A DNA stretch of 64,000 nt from Gemmatimonadales bacterium (GCA_019038745.1 JAHOYV010000023.1:18482-82481), one strand, 5' to 3'. Numbered from the stretch's first letter, positions 48,951 through 58,658 are shown. Made by a program: numbers and translations. Notes: generated by a model from the letters alone, not told the origin.

Positions 48951-48984
48951 AAAAAAAAGAAAATGAATCCTCTTCGGAATCATT
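48951..48984 (-). terminator. Intrinsic terminator-like hairpin plus U8 tract downstream of the RND operon
   Basis: Minus strand AAUGAUUCC-GAAGA-GGAUUCAUU (9 positions, one U-U mismatch) followed by UUCUUUUUUUU. The stem is AU-rich, so strength is moderate. Confidence 0.5.
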
Positions 48985-49004
48985 ACCTTTTCAAGGTATT
49001 CGGA

Positions 49005-49033
49005 AATATACTCCGAAAATCCGATTCTTGCAA
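49005..49033 (-). promoter_or_regulatory. sigma70-like promoter between the RND stop codon and the terminator hairpin
   Basis: Minus strand TTGCAA (49033..49028), 17-nt spacer, TATATT (49010..49005). The -35 element lies inside an 18-nt perfect palindrome. Confidence 0.35.
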
Positions 49034-49045
49034 TTGGAATTGCAA
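49028..49045. repeat. 18-nt perfect palindrome TTGCAATTGGAATTGCAA
   Basis: Read directly on the plus strand at 49028-49045, starting 1 nt beyond the RND permease stop codon (49047-49049). Confidence 0.85.
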
Positions 49046-49046
49046 C

Positions 49047-52000
49047 TCAGCCCGTCGACATCGATTTTGGGGATTTCGCCCTGAATCCCGGCCAAATCTT
49101 CATGCCCAGCTGCAAATGCTCCATCCAGAGTGTAGCCAGTCGATAATAGGTGGGCATGACCAGCAGTGTCAGGAAAGTACTGGAGGCCAAACCACCGATA
49201 ATCGCTCGGGCCATGGGGAAATACTCAGCCCCTCCCACGTGGGCTCCGTGAGACAAAGCCAACGGCATCAGCCCCAGAATAGTAGTCCCGGCGGTCATCA
49301 GTATCGGGCGCAGCCGATCCCGACAGCCTTCGACCACCGCCTCGTCCAGGGACAGACCGGAACGACGCCAACTATTGATGTGATCCACCAGAACGATTCC
49401 GTTGTTCACCACGATACCGATTAGAATCACCATGCCGATCATCGCCATTATGTTGAACGGGGTGCCCGTGGCCATCATCAGCCAGAACACACCCAAAGAG
49501 GCGAAGGGAACCGTCCCCATGACCACCATGGGGTACAACAGGGATTCGAACAAGCTGGCCATCACGAAGAAAACGCAGGCCAGCGCCAGAAGCATGTTGG
49601 TGCCCATCTCGTTTTGCTGTTCCCTCGAGCGCAGGATTTCACCGCCGAAATTCCAGCCATAGCCGAAAGGCAAATCCAGCCCATCCATCACCGGCCGAAT
49701 CACATCCAGCCCATCGGAAAGCTTATCACCTTCCCAGGTACCCCGAATTGTAACGCCCGTACGCTGATCACGTCTAAATATTCGATCCGGGCTCTTGCCG
49801 AATTCCAGATCGACAACCTGGGCCAACCGCACGGGTCGGCCGTCGACCACACCCACGGTTAGGAGCGAAAGGTTTTCGATTGATTCCTGATCATCCGGAA
49901 GAAGGGAAACCACCAAATCTATCTCTTTTTCTCCGGTTTGCAGTCGGGGCAATTGCACACCTCGATAGGTCAACCCCAGGATCTGGGCGATGGTGCCCGG
50001 GGCAATACCAAACCGACCTGCCTGATCCGAATCCACCTTAACCTGGATTTCACTGTGGCCGTCATCCCCATCACCGTGCAGATCCTCGAGGCCCTCGACC
50101 AAGGCCAAACGCCGCATGGCTTCCTGCGCGAAATCCTGCAGAGCTTCCGTTTCCTCTCCGAAAATTGTCATTGAGAAGGTTTTGGCTCCGGAGTCCTGCC
50201 CGTCTTCTCCCCCGAACAGGTATTCAAGACCGGCTTGGACCGGCAGGTTCTCTCTTAAATCTTCCCTCACCGAACGGTAAAATTCTTCGGAAACCACTCC
50301 CTCTTCGAAGAAAAGGCTGACCCCCGCGGCGTCAGCAGTGAAATAGGAGTAGATGTCGCGGATGGTCAGCTCCTGACGACGCGACTCCAGATATTCGGCC
50401 ACCTTCGTGGTGTAGGCCTTCGACGTATCCTTGTCAACCGGGCCGGAGTAAACGAAGGAAACGTAGAGATTCTCCCGCCGCATTCCCTGGTCCCCTGCGT
50501 CATCAGGCTTGAAGTTGGTAATCTTCATCGCCCCCACCGTTATCCCCAGGACAGCAGGAACCAGGACCAGGACCGTGATCAAAGGATGTTTGATGGCTGT
50601 CCAGTTCAAAATACCCTGGTACCGCTGTTGGAGCCAAACCAGCCAACGGGCTTCCTGCATTTGACTCGAACCGCCGCCTCGGGTCATTCGAACCGAAAGC
50701 GCCGGGATTACCGTGAGGCTGATCAGGAGGGAGAACACCAGGGTGACACTGATTGTGACCCCGACTTCGCCCAACCAGACGGCCAGTTCGTCGGCCTTTG
50801 TGATGACCACCGGAGCAAACACGATGATCGTTGTCAGGGTGGAAGCCACGATGGCCCGAGCCACTTCCCTAGTCCCTCGTACCGCCGCGGAAAGGGGACT
50901 TGCCCCCCGGTGTTGCCGACGATGGATTGATTCCAAAACCACCACCGCATTGTCCACCAACATGCCGACCCCGAGCATCAAACCCATCATGGTCAAGACA
51001 TTCAAGGAGCGACCAGTCAAATACATGAAGATACATGTGCCCAGAATTGAGAGAGGTATCGCAATGGAAACCACCAGAGTCATGGAAAAACGACGTAGAA
51101 AGATGTAGAGAATGGCAATGGCCAACAAAGAACCGATGAGACCGCCCTGCAGAAGACTCCGCAAGGAATCAGTGATCTGATCGGCCTGGTTGAAGAACGT
51201 AAAACTGTTTATACCGGCCAACGTAGGATCCCGGTTGATCTCCTCAAGCTCCCGTTCGATGGCGCGGCACACCTCCACCGTATTGTACCCGGAGGCTTTC
51301 TGGATCCAGAAGGCTATCGCCGGTTCCCGGTTCAGGACGCGTCCGTAGCTCAGACTAGGCGCACCGTACACGACTTCAGCCACATCCGACAGGCGCAAGC
51401 CTCGGCTGTCGATGGGCAAGTCCTTCAGATCCTCCACTCCGCTCAATCCACTGACGGTCCTTAAATCGTAACGAAGGCCACGGTCCGTAATGCGGCCCAC
51501 GGTCAATTCCACGTTTGCCGATTCCAGTTCCTGAAACAAGTGGGTCACATCGACCCCATACTCCATTATCTTGTCAAACCGCAGGTACACCGAAGCCTGT
51601 GTGGGCAGGACACCATCGATATTTACCCGCCCCACCCCGGGTATGCGTGACAAGGGAGCGATAATCTTCTGGTCCAGCAGATCCCAACTCTCGGAGAGGT
51701 CTCGCCCTTTGGCTGCGATTCTCCCCTCGATGATGGGAATGTCGTTTGTGTTGAAGGTCAGCAGCATTATCTGTTGAATGTCTTCCGGCAGATCACCCCG
51801 TATCTGGTCGATCTTCTCCTTGACCTCCATTCGCAGGAGATTCACATCCCGACCCCAGTCGAAGGTGACTCCCACCTGCACCTGATCCGCGTCACTGAAA
51901 CTGAATATCTCCTTCACACCGCCCAGAGTGGCCAGCACTTCCTCAATCGGTTTGACGATCTCCCGTTCGTTCTCCGAAGGAATGCCTCCGCTGTAGGGAA

Positions 52001-52145
52001 TGAAAACGGCGATGAAGGGCATTTCCACCTGCGGTAGAAAATCCAGGGGCAATTTGAATATCGAAACTGTTCCCAGCAGGATGATTGTGACCAGGATCAT
52101 GGCCAGAGACACCGGGCGGCGCAGGGAGAGAAGAGTCAACCACAT
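49047..52145 (-). CDS. RND efflux permease (second of a tandem pair)
   Basis: About 1030 aa, 12-TM architecture. MLVDNAVVVLESI and GIVVNNGIVLVDHINSWRR blocks. Trimmed to ATG 52145, 1 nt after the upstream RND stop. Confidence 0.93.
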   Translation of the reverse strand: MWLTLLSLRRPVSLAMILVTIILLGTVSIFKLPLDFLPQVEMPFIAVFIPYSGGIPSENEREIVKPIEEVLATLGGVKEIFSFSDADQVQVGVTFDWGRDVNLLRMEVKEKIDQIRGDLPEDIQQIMLLTFNTNDIPIIEGRIAAKGRDLSESWDLLDQKIIAPLSRIPGVGRVNIDGVLPTQASVYLRFDKIMEYGVDVTHLFQELESANVELTVGRITDRGLRYDLRTVSGLSGVEDLKDLPIDSRGLRLSDVAEVVYGAPSLSYGRVLNREPAIAFWIQKASGYNTVEVCRAIERELEEINRDPTLAGINSFTFFNQADQITDSLRSLLQGGLIGSLLAIAILYIFLRRFSMTLVVSIAIPLSILGTCIFMYLTGRSLNVLTMMGLMLGVGMLVDNAVVVLESIHRRQHRGASPLSAAVRGTREVARAIVASTLTTIIVFAPVVITKADELAVWLGEVGVTISVTLVFSLLISLTVIPALSVRMTRGGGSSQMQEARWLVWLQQRYQGILNWTAIKHPLITVLVLVPAVLGITVGAMKITNFKPDDAGDQGMRRENLYVSFVYSGPVDKDTSKAYTTKVAEYLESRRQELTIRDIYSYFTADAAGVSLFFEEGVVSEEFYRSVREDLRENLPVQAGLEYLFGGEDGQDSGAKTFSMTIFGEETEALQDFAQEAMRRLALVEGLEDLHGDGDDGHSEIQVKVDSDQAGRFGIAPGTIAQILGLTYRGVQLPRLQTGEKEIDLVVSLLPDDQESIENLSLLTVGVVDGRPVRLAQVVDLEFGKSPDRIFRRDQRTGVTIRGTWEGDKLSDGLDVIRPVMDGLDLPFGYGWNFGGEILRSREQQNEMGTNMLLALACVFFVMASLFESLLYPMVVMGTVPFASLGVFWLMMATGTPFNIMAMIGMVILIGIVVNNGIVLVDHINSWRRSGLSLDEAVVEGCRDRLRPILMTAGTTILGLMPLALSHGAHVGGAEYFPMARAIIGGLASSTFLTLLVMPTYYRLATLWMEHLQLGMKIWPGFRAKSPKSMSTG

Positions 52146-52146
52146 G

Positions 52147-55100
52147 TCAGGACCCCTCTTCCACTGTCCCGGCAACCCGATCAACGCCCCCGGTCAATAT
52201 CGTGTAGATTACAGGAACAACCACCAGAGTCAGAATCGTGGCCAGCAACAAACCGCTGATCACCGTGACCGCCAGGGGAGCCCGCAGCTCCGCCCCCTCG
52301 CCGATCCCCAAGGCCATGGGCAACAGTCCCAGCACCGTGGTGGAAGTGGTCATCAGGATGGGCCGCAACCGCTCGCTGCCCGCCCGGTTCACAGCCAGGA
52401 CCAGGTCCAGGCCGGCTCGTCGCAACTGGTTGATGCGATCCACCAGAACGATACCGTTGTTAACCACGATCCCGGCCAACATGATGGCCCCGATCACAGT
52501 GATCACACTTATGCTCAGACCCGTCAGGAACAGCCCATATATCGCTCCGGTCAAGGCCAGGGGCACGGTGAACATGATAATCAGCGGATAGACAAAGGAC
52601 TCGAATTGCGCTGCCATGACCAGATAAACCAAAAATACGGCCAACAGGATGGCCAAACGCAGGGAACGGAAAGAAGTATCCATCTCATCATTCTGACCGC
52701 CCAGGGCTAAACTGATCCCGGCCGGCAAACTAATATCTCGGAGTTTTTCCTGGATCTCCCGGTTCACCGAACCCAGGTCTCGACCCGAGAGGTTGGCCGA
52801 AATGATGGCCACCCGCTGGTTGCCCAAACGGTGAATCTCGGCCGGACCCGTCACTATTTCCATGCTGGCCAGGGAAGACAGGGGGATTGGAATCCCATCC
52901 TGTTCGGAGACTATCAGCTCACGAACGGCCGTTAGTGTATTTCGTTGGTCGTCACTGTTCATGACCCGGATATCAACGTGCCGCTCCCTGTCCCTGAATC
53001 GGCTGGCCACTGTGCCGCGCACCTTGCTGCGAACGGTCTCCGAAACCGGTCCCAGGCGGAGACCGAACTTGTTCAGTTTGTCCCTGTCGAAAGTCACCTG
53101 CACTTCGGGAGAACCGGGCATCATGTTCAAGTTCAAATCCCTGAGACCATCAACTCCCTCAAGACGCTGAATAACCTCATCGGCTACCCGTTGCAGGTCC
53201 TCCAGGTTATAGCCGTATACATCCACCTCTACTGGAGCCCCGAAGGAAAGAAGCGATTGCCGCTGCAAGGACATTTTCATCTCTGGATATCCCTGCAGAA
53301 TACGCCTGATTTCTTCCAGGGCCTCGGTTTCCGCCTGAGCTGAAGCCTCGGTCAACCTTACTTGGACCTCGGCCCGATTTTCCTTGCGGCGCTGAACAGA
53401 ACTCTGACCTTCCCGGGAAATGCCCACTTCACCTGCCACAAGATCCAACTGGGGCAAGGCGGCCAATTCACGTTCCAACTCCGTCACAACGGCATCGGTT
53501 CTGCCCAGGGGTGTGCCCTCTGGAAGTTCCAGTGCCAGGGTAAATTCTCCCCGGGCGAGGGGGGGCACCAACTCGGACCCCAATTGTGGCCACAAGACAG
53601 CCGCTCCCGCTGCAAGCAGCACTACGAGGAATAGAACCGCCGCCCGCCCGCGAAGCGCGCGATCCAACAACCGGGCGTAACCAACCTGCAACCTGGGGAA
53701 AGTTTTTTCGAAAGCCCAAGTCAAGGGCCACAAGAGCAGCAGCATCAACTTGCGCACCATTCCCAGGACCCATCCACCAGCCCTTATCAGGAGCAAAATC
53801 AGACCCATGGTTAGAAAGAGACCCGCAATTTGCGGCCAGCGTGAAAACCAGCGTCCCCTACCCGCGTGGCGGCTCCAGCTGGAATACCAACCCGCATCTT
53901 CGTTGGATCCTGCTCGGGAAGCAGAGGCTCCTGTGCCCTTGCCAAAAGCCGAGGCCATGGGCGTAAAGGTCAGGGCAACGACTAGTGAAACGGCCAGGGA
54001 GAACGTTACGGTCAAAGCCTGATCGCGAAAAATTTGTCCTGCCACACCCACCACCACGAAAACGATGGGTACGAATACAGCCAGCGTGGTCAGGGTCGAT
54101 GCCGTCACCGCTCCGGATACTTCAGCCGCCCCCAGAGCGGCCGCTTCGGAGTCCCCACTCTTACCGCCGGCCTCCCGGCGACGATGAATGGCTTCCAGGA
54201 CAACGATGGAATTATCCACCAGCATGCCCACCCCCAGAGCCAGACCTCCCAGGGACATGACGTTCAGGGACACCCCCTGCGTAAGCATCAGGATGAAGGT
54301 GGCAACAATGGAAATGGGAATCGCCACTCCGATGATCAGGGTGGAGCGGAAATCCTTCAGGAAAACGAAGAGGACCAGCACGGCCAGGATCCCGCCCAAC
54401 AACGCATTGTTCCTCACTTCCTGAACAGCTTGGGCAATGAACACGGATTGATCGAACAGGATTTCAAGTTTCATCTTGTCGGGTAATTGATCCTGCAGCC
54501 GGTCAAGGTGCCCACACACGCGCCGGGCCATTTCAACGATATTGGCGTCGCCTTCCTTGAAAACGGCGATCTCCACGCTTTCGTGCCCCGAGATATGAGT
54601 GACCGTGGTCCGTTCCTTGTGGGTGCGAAAAATCCCGGCGACGTCACCCAGACGAATAGTCCTGCCTTCGATATTTGCCAGGGTTACGCCTCGTATGTCG
54701 TCCAGATCTTCAAACCGGCTTAGAGTTCGTACGATGTATTCCGCATTCCGATCACGCAACCGGCCCCCGGAAGCGTTGATATTCTCCTGTGCGAGCACCT
54801 GGTTCACAAGCGAGATGTCCAGTCCCAAGGCGGACAGGCGGGCTTCATCCACTTCGACCCGAATCTCTTCTTCCAGTCCCCCCGCAACGCGGGCGGCCGC
54901 AACTCCCTCCAGAGCTTCGATTTCCTTCTTGAGTACCTCATCGGCCACATTCCGTAGTTGAACCAGTGGCGCATCCCCCGACAGGCCAATCCGAACCACG
55001 GGATCCTGGGATGGATCGTATTTCAACAAAAGGGGCACTCGAACCTCTTCGGGCAAACGGATCAGATCGATCTTCTCGCGCACATCCAGGGCTGCGTAGT

Positions 55101-55404
55101 CCATTTCCGTGCCCCAGTTGAACTCCAGGGTTATCTGGGAAAGGCCGGCCTGGCTGATGGAGTGGACTTTCCGTAAACCGGGCACAACTCCCACCGCCTC
55201 CTCCAGGGGTCGGGTTACCAGGTTCTCTACATCAACCGGAGCAGTACCGGGAAAATCGGTCTGGACCGTCAGGCTCGGGTAGCGTATTTCGGGCAACAAT
55301 CTCATGTCCAGACGCCCCAGGGCGGTCATACCGAACACGACGGCAGCCAAGGTTACCATCCAGACAGTCACCGGATGGGTTACCGCGTAGCGAATAATTT
55401 TCAT
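52147..55404 (-). CDS. RND efflux permease (first of a tandem pair) with an extra hydrophobic insertion in the TM6-TM7 linker
   Basis: 1085 aa. MLVDNSIVVLEAI and GIVVNNGIVLVDRINQLRR. Inserted segment ...WFSRWPQIAGLFLTMGLILLLIRAGGWVLGMVRKLMLLLLWPLTW... at about aa 488-565. Confidence 0.93.
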   Translation of the reverse strand: MKIIRYAVTHPVTVWMVTLAAVVFGMTALGRLDMRLLPEIRYPSLTVQTDFPGTAPVDVENLVTRPLEEAVGVVPGLRKVHSISQAGLSQITLEFNWGTEMDYAALDVREKIDLIRLPEEVRVPLLLKYDPSQDPVVRIGLSGDAPLVQLRNVADEVLKKEIEALEGVAAARVAGGLEEEIRVEVDEARLSALGLDISLVNQVLAQENINASGGRLRDRNAEYIVRTLSRFEDLDDIRGVTLANIEGRTIRLGDVAGIFRTHKERTTVTHISGHESVEIAVFKEGDANIVEMARRVCGHLDRLQDQLPDKMKLEILFDQSVFIAQAVQEVRNNALLGGILAVLVLFVFLKDFRSTLIIGVAIPISIVATFILMLTQGVSLNVMSLGGLALGVGMLVDNSIVVLEAIHRRREAGGKSGDSEAAALGAAEVSGAVTASTLTTLAVFVPIVFVVVGVAGQIFRDQALTVTFSLAVSLVVALTFTPMASAFGKGTGASASRAGSNEDAGWYSSWSRHAGRGRWFSRWPQIAGLFLTMGLILLLIRAGGWVLGMVRKLMLLLLWPLTWAFEKTFPRLQVGYARLLDRALRGRAAVLFLVVLLAAGAAVLWPQLGSELVPPLARGEFTLALELPEGTPLGRTDAVVTELERELAALPQLDLVAGEVGISREGQSSVQRRKENRAEVQVRLTEASAQAETEALEEIRRILQGYPEMKMSLQRQSLLSFGAPVEVDVYGYNLEDLQRVADEVIQRLEGVDGLRDLNLNMMPGSPEVQVTFDRDKLNKFGLRLGPVSETVRSKVRGTVASRFRDRERHVDIRVMNSDDQRNTLTAVRELIVSEQDGIPIPLSSLASMEIVTGPAEIHRLGNQRVAIISANLSGRDLGSVNREIQEKLRDISLPAGISLALGGQNDEMDTSFRSLRLAILLAVFLVYLVMAAQFESFVYPLIIMFTVPLALTGAIYGLFLTGLSISVITVIGAIMLAGIVVNNGIVLVDRINQLRRAGLDLVLAVNRAGSERLRPILMTTSTTVLGLLPMALGIGEGAELRAPLAVTVISGLLLATILTLVVVPVIYTILTGGVDRVAGTVEEGS

Positions 55405-55408
55405 TGAG

Positions 55409-56623
55409 TTACTCCAACTCGGCCATAACGGTCACGGTGTCGGGCAATTTTGCCGGATCGCTGTCGGTTTCAGCGGAAGATTTGTAGCCGATTTCCAAAC
55501 CGTTCAGGGCCCTGATCGGAGAACCGGTACGCAAGCCACCTTGTCCCATTGTCACAACGAAGTCCCCGGCAAAGAGACCTTCGACGACTTCCACGTGTGA
55601 CTCGTCGTACAGCCCCGTCTGGACCTCGACTTTACGCACAGTATCGGCTTCGGCCACGAAGACGCTTCGCAGCGCCCCCTCTTCGACCAGGGCGATCTTG
55701 GGAATGGCCAGGGCATCCTGGTGGCGGTCGGTAGTGATCCTGACCTTTACAAAGCCACCGACCCGGGCCTGAGTCACATCTTCGGCCAGCAGCAAAGTCA
55801 GGCGGACGGTACTCGTACCGGGGTCTACGACTGGAGAAATCCGTTCGACAACCGCTTCAAGAGGCTGAACAACAGACTCGGGAGAAACCAGGACCCTCTG
55901 CCCGGCCGAAACTTTCAAGGCCACTTCCTCGGGCAGGTGAACCCGGACTCTTAAAGGTGAAAAATCACCCAGCGTGAAAACTGCCTGAGAGCCGACAACC
56001 TGCTGTCCGGGCACGACCATTCTGGAGGTCACCTGGCCGGAAAAGGGAGCCCGAATCCGGGTTTCTTCCAGGGCAATGCGGGCCAGATCCCGCTCAGCCT
56101 CGGCCAGTTTCCAGGCCGATTCCACATCGTCGAATTCCTGCCGGCTGATCAGTTGCTCGGTCAACATTTTTTCACTGCGCTGCAGCTGTCGTTCCTTGTC
56201 CTCAAGAGCCAGATTTGCCTTTTTCAATTGGATCTTCTCCCTGGCGTTTTCCAGTTCAGCCAGGACGAATCCTTCCTCGACCCAATCCCCCTCCTCCACC
56301 GTAACCTGGTCCACGCGACCGAGGGTACGCGAAACGAGATCCACCATACGATCGGCTTCAATGACCGAGGCAGCCCGGTAATAGGCGGCAATTCCCCGGC
56401 CTTCCACCAAAGCCAGCTCCACTGGAACAGGCGGATTCTCGGTCTTCTTATCCTCATCGTCCTTGGAGTCCAGTTCAGTCGCACCCGAGCCAGCAGCGTT
56501 TGTATCAGCCAACGCAACACCATTTTCACCCACGCCGAAGGGGAGCTTGCCCGTTGCATAGAGGGTCCCACCTATCGCCAACACCAGTAGCGGCAACAAG
56601 AACCCCATCATTTTCTTATTCAT
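55409..56623 (-). CDS. RND efflux periplasmic adaptor (membrane fusion protein, HlyD family)
   Basis: Trimmed to ATG 56623 (GGGAG 7 nt upstream; MNKKMMGFLLPLLVLAIGG anchor). Coiled-coil hairpin ...KANLALEDKERQLQRSEKML...AEAERDLARIALEETRIRAPFSGQVTSR. Confidence 0.9.
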   Translation of the reverse strand: MNKKMMGFLLPLLVLAIGGTLYATGKLPFGVGENGVALADTNAAGSGATELDSKDDEDKKTENPPVPVELALVEGRGIAAYYRAASVIEADRMVDLVSRTLGRVDQVTVEEGDWVEEGFVLAELENAREKIQLKKANLALEDKERQLQRSEKMLTEQLISRQEFDDVESAWKLAEAERDLARIALEETRIRAPFSGQVTSRMVVPGQQVVGSQAVFTLGDFSPLRVRVHLPEEVALKVSAGQRVLVSPESVVQPLEAVVERISPVVDPGTSTVRLTLLLAEDVTQARVGGFVKVRITTDRHQDALAIPKIALVEEGALRSVFVAEADTVRKVEVQTGLYDESHVEVVEGLFAGDFVVTMGQGGLRTGSPIRALNGLEIGYKSSAETDSDPAKLPDTVTVMAELE

Positions 56624-56703
56624 TTTCGTGCTCCCTATTCCAGGGTTCGAATTTTCCAGTCGTGTCATGGCTGGCCGAGATTTCAAGTCCGGCCAAAAAG
56701 TAG

Positions 56704-56729
56704 ACGCAACCCCGGGCTCAAGGTTGCGT
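56704..56729. promoter_or_regulatory. 8-bp inverted repeat ACGCAACC-N10-GGTTGCGT in the efflux operon leader / divergent control region
   Basis: Read directly. It lies 80 nt upstream of the MFP ATG and 11 nt downstream (minus-strand sense) of a TATAAA box at 56740-56745. Confidence 0.35.
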
Positions 56730-56936
56730 GTCCTGGTAATTTATATTTTTGGGAAGTAGGAAAGCATTTACCCAAATCATCTCCCGGCGGATAGAGGCTG
56801 GATTATACGCCGGGGCGGGATTATTTTCCTTTTAGCCGGACCCGACGGCCCGAACTCTGTAACCCGGCCCCGCCGACATCGGCGGCGATGTTGATGACGA
56901 TTGGACTTTAGGGACATTAAGCAAGGGGTTCCCAGA

Positions 56937-58658
56937 ATGAAAAAACTTGTCGAGTGCGTTCCCAATATCAGCGAAGGTCGTGACCGGGGAATCATCGATT
57001 CGGTGACGTCGGTGATTGAAGGCGTAGATGGAGTTCACCTCCTGGACGTGGATCCCGGCGCGGATACGAACCGGACGGTGATTACCTTCATCGGCGATCC
57101 CGAAGCAGTGGCTGAAGCAGCTTTCAGGGTGGTTCAACGGGCAGCCGAGTTGATCGACATGAGCAAGCACAAGGGGGCCCACCCTCGGCACGGGGCAACC
57201 GATGTTTGTCCTTTCGTGCCCGTCTCAGGTGTGGACATGGCCGAATGCGTGGAAATCGCCCGGAAGGTCGGCCGCCGAATCGGCGAAGAGCTGAACCTTC
57301 CGGTCTACCTCTACGAAGACGCCGCTCTCCTGCCGGAACGCAGAAACCTGGCGGTTGTCCGCAAAGGCGAATACGAAGCCTTGGGCACCAAGCTGGGCAC
57401 CGAGCAGTGGAAGCCGGATTTCGGACCGAACATATGGGACGAAAGCGCCCAACGCACCGGCGCGACAAATGTCTCGGCTCGTGGTTTTCTGGTGGCCTAC
57501 AACGTCAACTTGAACACCCGCAACAAAAGCATCGGCTCGCAGATCGCCCTGGACATCAAGGAAGCAGGTCGAGCCAAGCGCGACGGAACCGGCGTCATCG
57601 TCAGGGATGAGAACAATAAACCCATCCTGGTGCCGGGGCCCTACAAACTGGATGCCTGCAAAGCCGTGGGTTGGACCATCGAGGAATACGATCGGGCCCA
57701 GGTCTCGATCAACCTGGTCAACACTGCGGTGACCAAACCCCATCAGGCCTTCGATGCCTGCAGCGCCAGTGCCCAAGACCGTGGGGCCCGGGTCACCGGC
57801 AGTGAATTGGTCGGACTGATTCCCGAAGGCGACCTGCTGGCAGCCGGCAAGCACTATCTCAAGAAGGCAGGGCAATCGGCAGGCGTGCCTCGGAAAATGA
57901 TCCTGGAGACCGCCATCCAGAGCATGGGCCTGCGCGAGTTGGGCGAATTCGATCCGGCCGACAAGGTCATCGAATACCAGGCCGGTCTGGTGGACGGCGC
58001 TTTGGTCAACATGACCAACCGCGAATTCGTGGACGTGCTCAGCACCGACAGCCCCGCCCCTGGTGGTGGCTCGGTTGCCGCCCTTTGCGCCGCACAAGCA
58101 GCCGCACTGGTGGCCATGGTCGGCAACCTGACCGTCGGCAAAAAGAAATACGCCGACGTACAGGACCGGGTGAAGGAAATCGCAGAACTGGGCCAGGATT
58201 TGAAGGATTTCTTCCTGAATGCAATCGACGACGACACCAACTCCTTCAACGTGGTCATGGACTGCTTCGGTATGCCCAAGAAAACCGACCAGCAGAAGAA
58301 AGACCGCGGATTGGCCATCGCGGCAGCAACCCGCGGAGCCACACGGGTTCCCCTGTCTGTTTTGGAGAAGGTGCCCGGACTGCTGGACCTTGCCGCCGAA
58401 ATTGCAAAGATCGGCAACGCCGCCAGCTTGAGCGATGCCGGTGTGGCGGTTCTGACGTCCCTGGCCGGAGCCGAGGGCGCTTATTACAACGTACTGATCA
58501 ACCTGGAAGGCCTGCAGGAGCTGGATCAGAGTGAGGAGCCGGGATTCCTGGGAGAAACCCGGAGTCGAGCCCGGGACACAATGGCCCGCTGTGAAGAGAT
58601 GGCTGGTGCCACGCGCGCCAAGATCCGCGGACGGTTGGAGGAGATTCTGGATTCTTGA
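56937..58658 (+). CDS. Bifunctional glutamate formimidoyltransferase / formimidoyltetrahydrofolate cyclodeaminase (FTCD-like fusion)
   Basis: N-terminal LVECVPNISEGRD...NRTVITFIG...HKGAHPRHGATDVCPFVP (FTCD_N). C-terminal FVDVLSTDSPAPGGGSVAALCAAQAAALVAMVGNLTVGKKKY (cyclodeaminase). Trimmed to ATG 56937. Confidence 0.9.
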   Translation: MKKLVECVPNISEGRDRGIIDSVTSVIEGVDGVHLLDVDPGADTNRTVITFIGDPEAVAEAAFRVVQRAAELIDMSKHKGAHPRHGATDVCPFVPVSGVDMAECVEIARKVGRRIGEELNLPVYLYEDAALLPERRNLAVVRKGEYEALGTKLGTEQWKPDFGPNIWDESAQRTGATNVSARGFLVAYNVNLNTRNKSIGSQIALDIKEAGRAKRDGTGVIVRDENNKPILVPGPYKLDACKAVGWTIEEYDRAQVSINLVNTAVTKPHQAFDACSASAQDRGARVTGSELVGLIPEGDLLAAGKHYLKKAGQSAGVPRKMILETAIQSMGLRELGEFDPADKVIEYQAGLVDGALVNMTNREFVDVLSTDSPAPGGGSVAALCAAQAAALVAMVGNLTVGKKKYADVQDRVKEIAELGQDLKDFFLNAIDDDTNSFNVVMDCFGMPKKTDQQKKDRGLAIAAATRGATRVPLSVLEKVPGLLDLAAEIAKIGNAASLSDAGVAVLTSLAGAEGAYYNVLINLEGLQELDQSEEPGFLGETRSRARDTMARCEEMAGATRAKIRGRLEEILDS

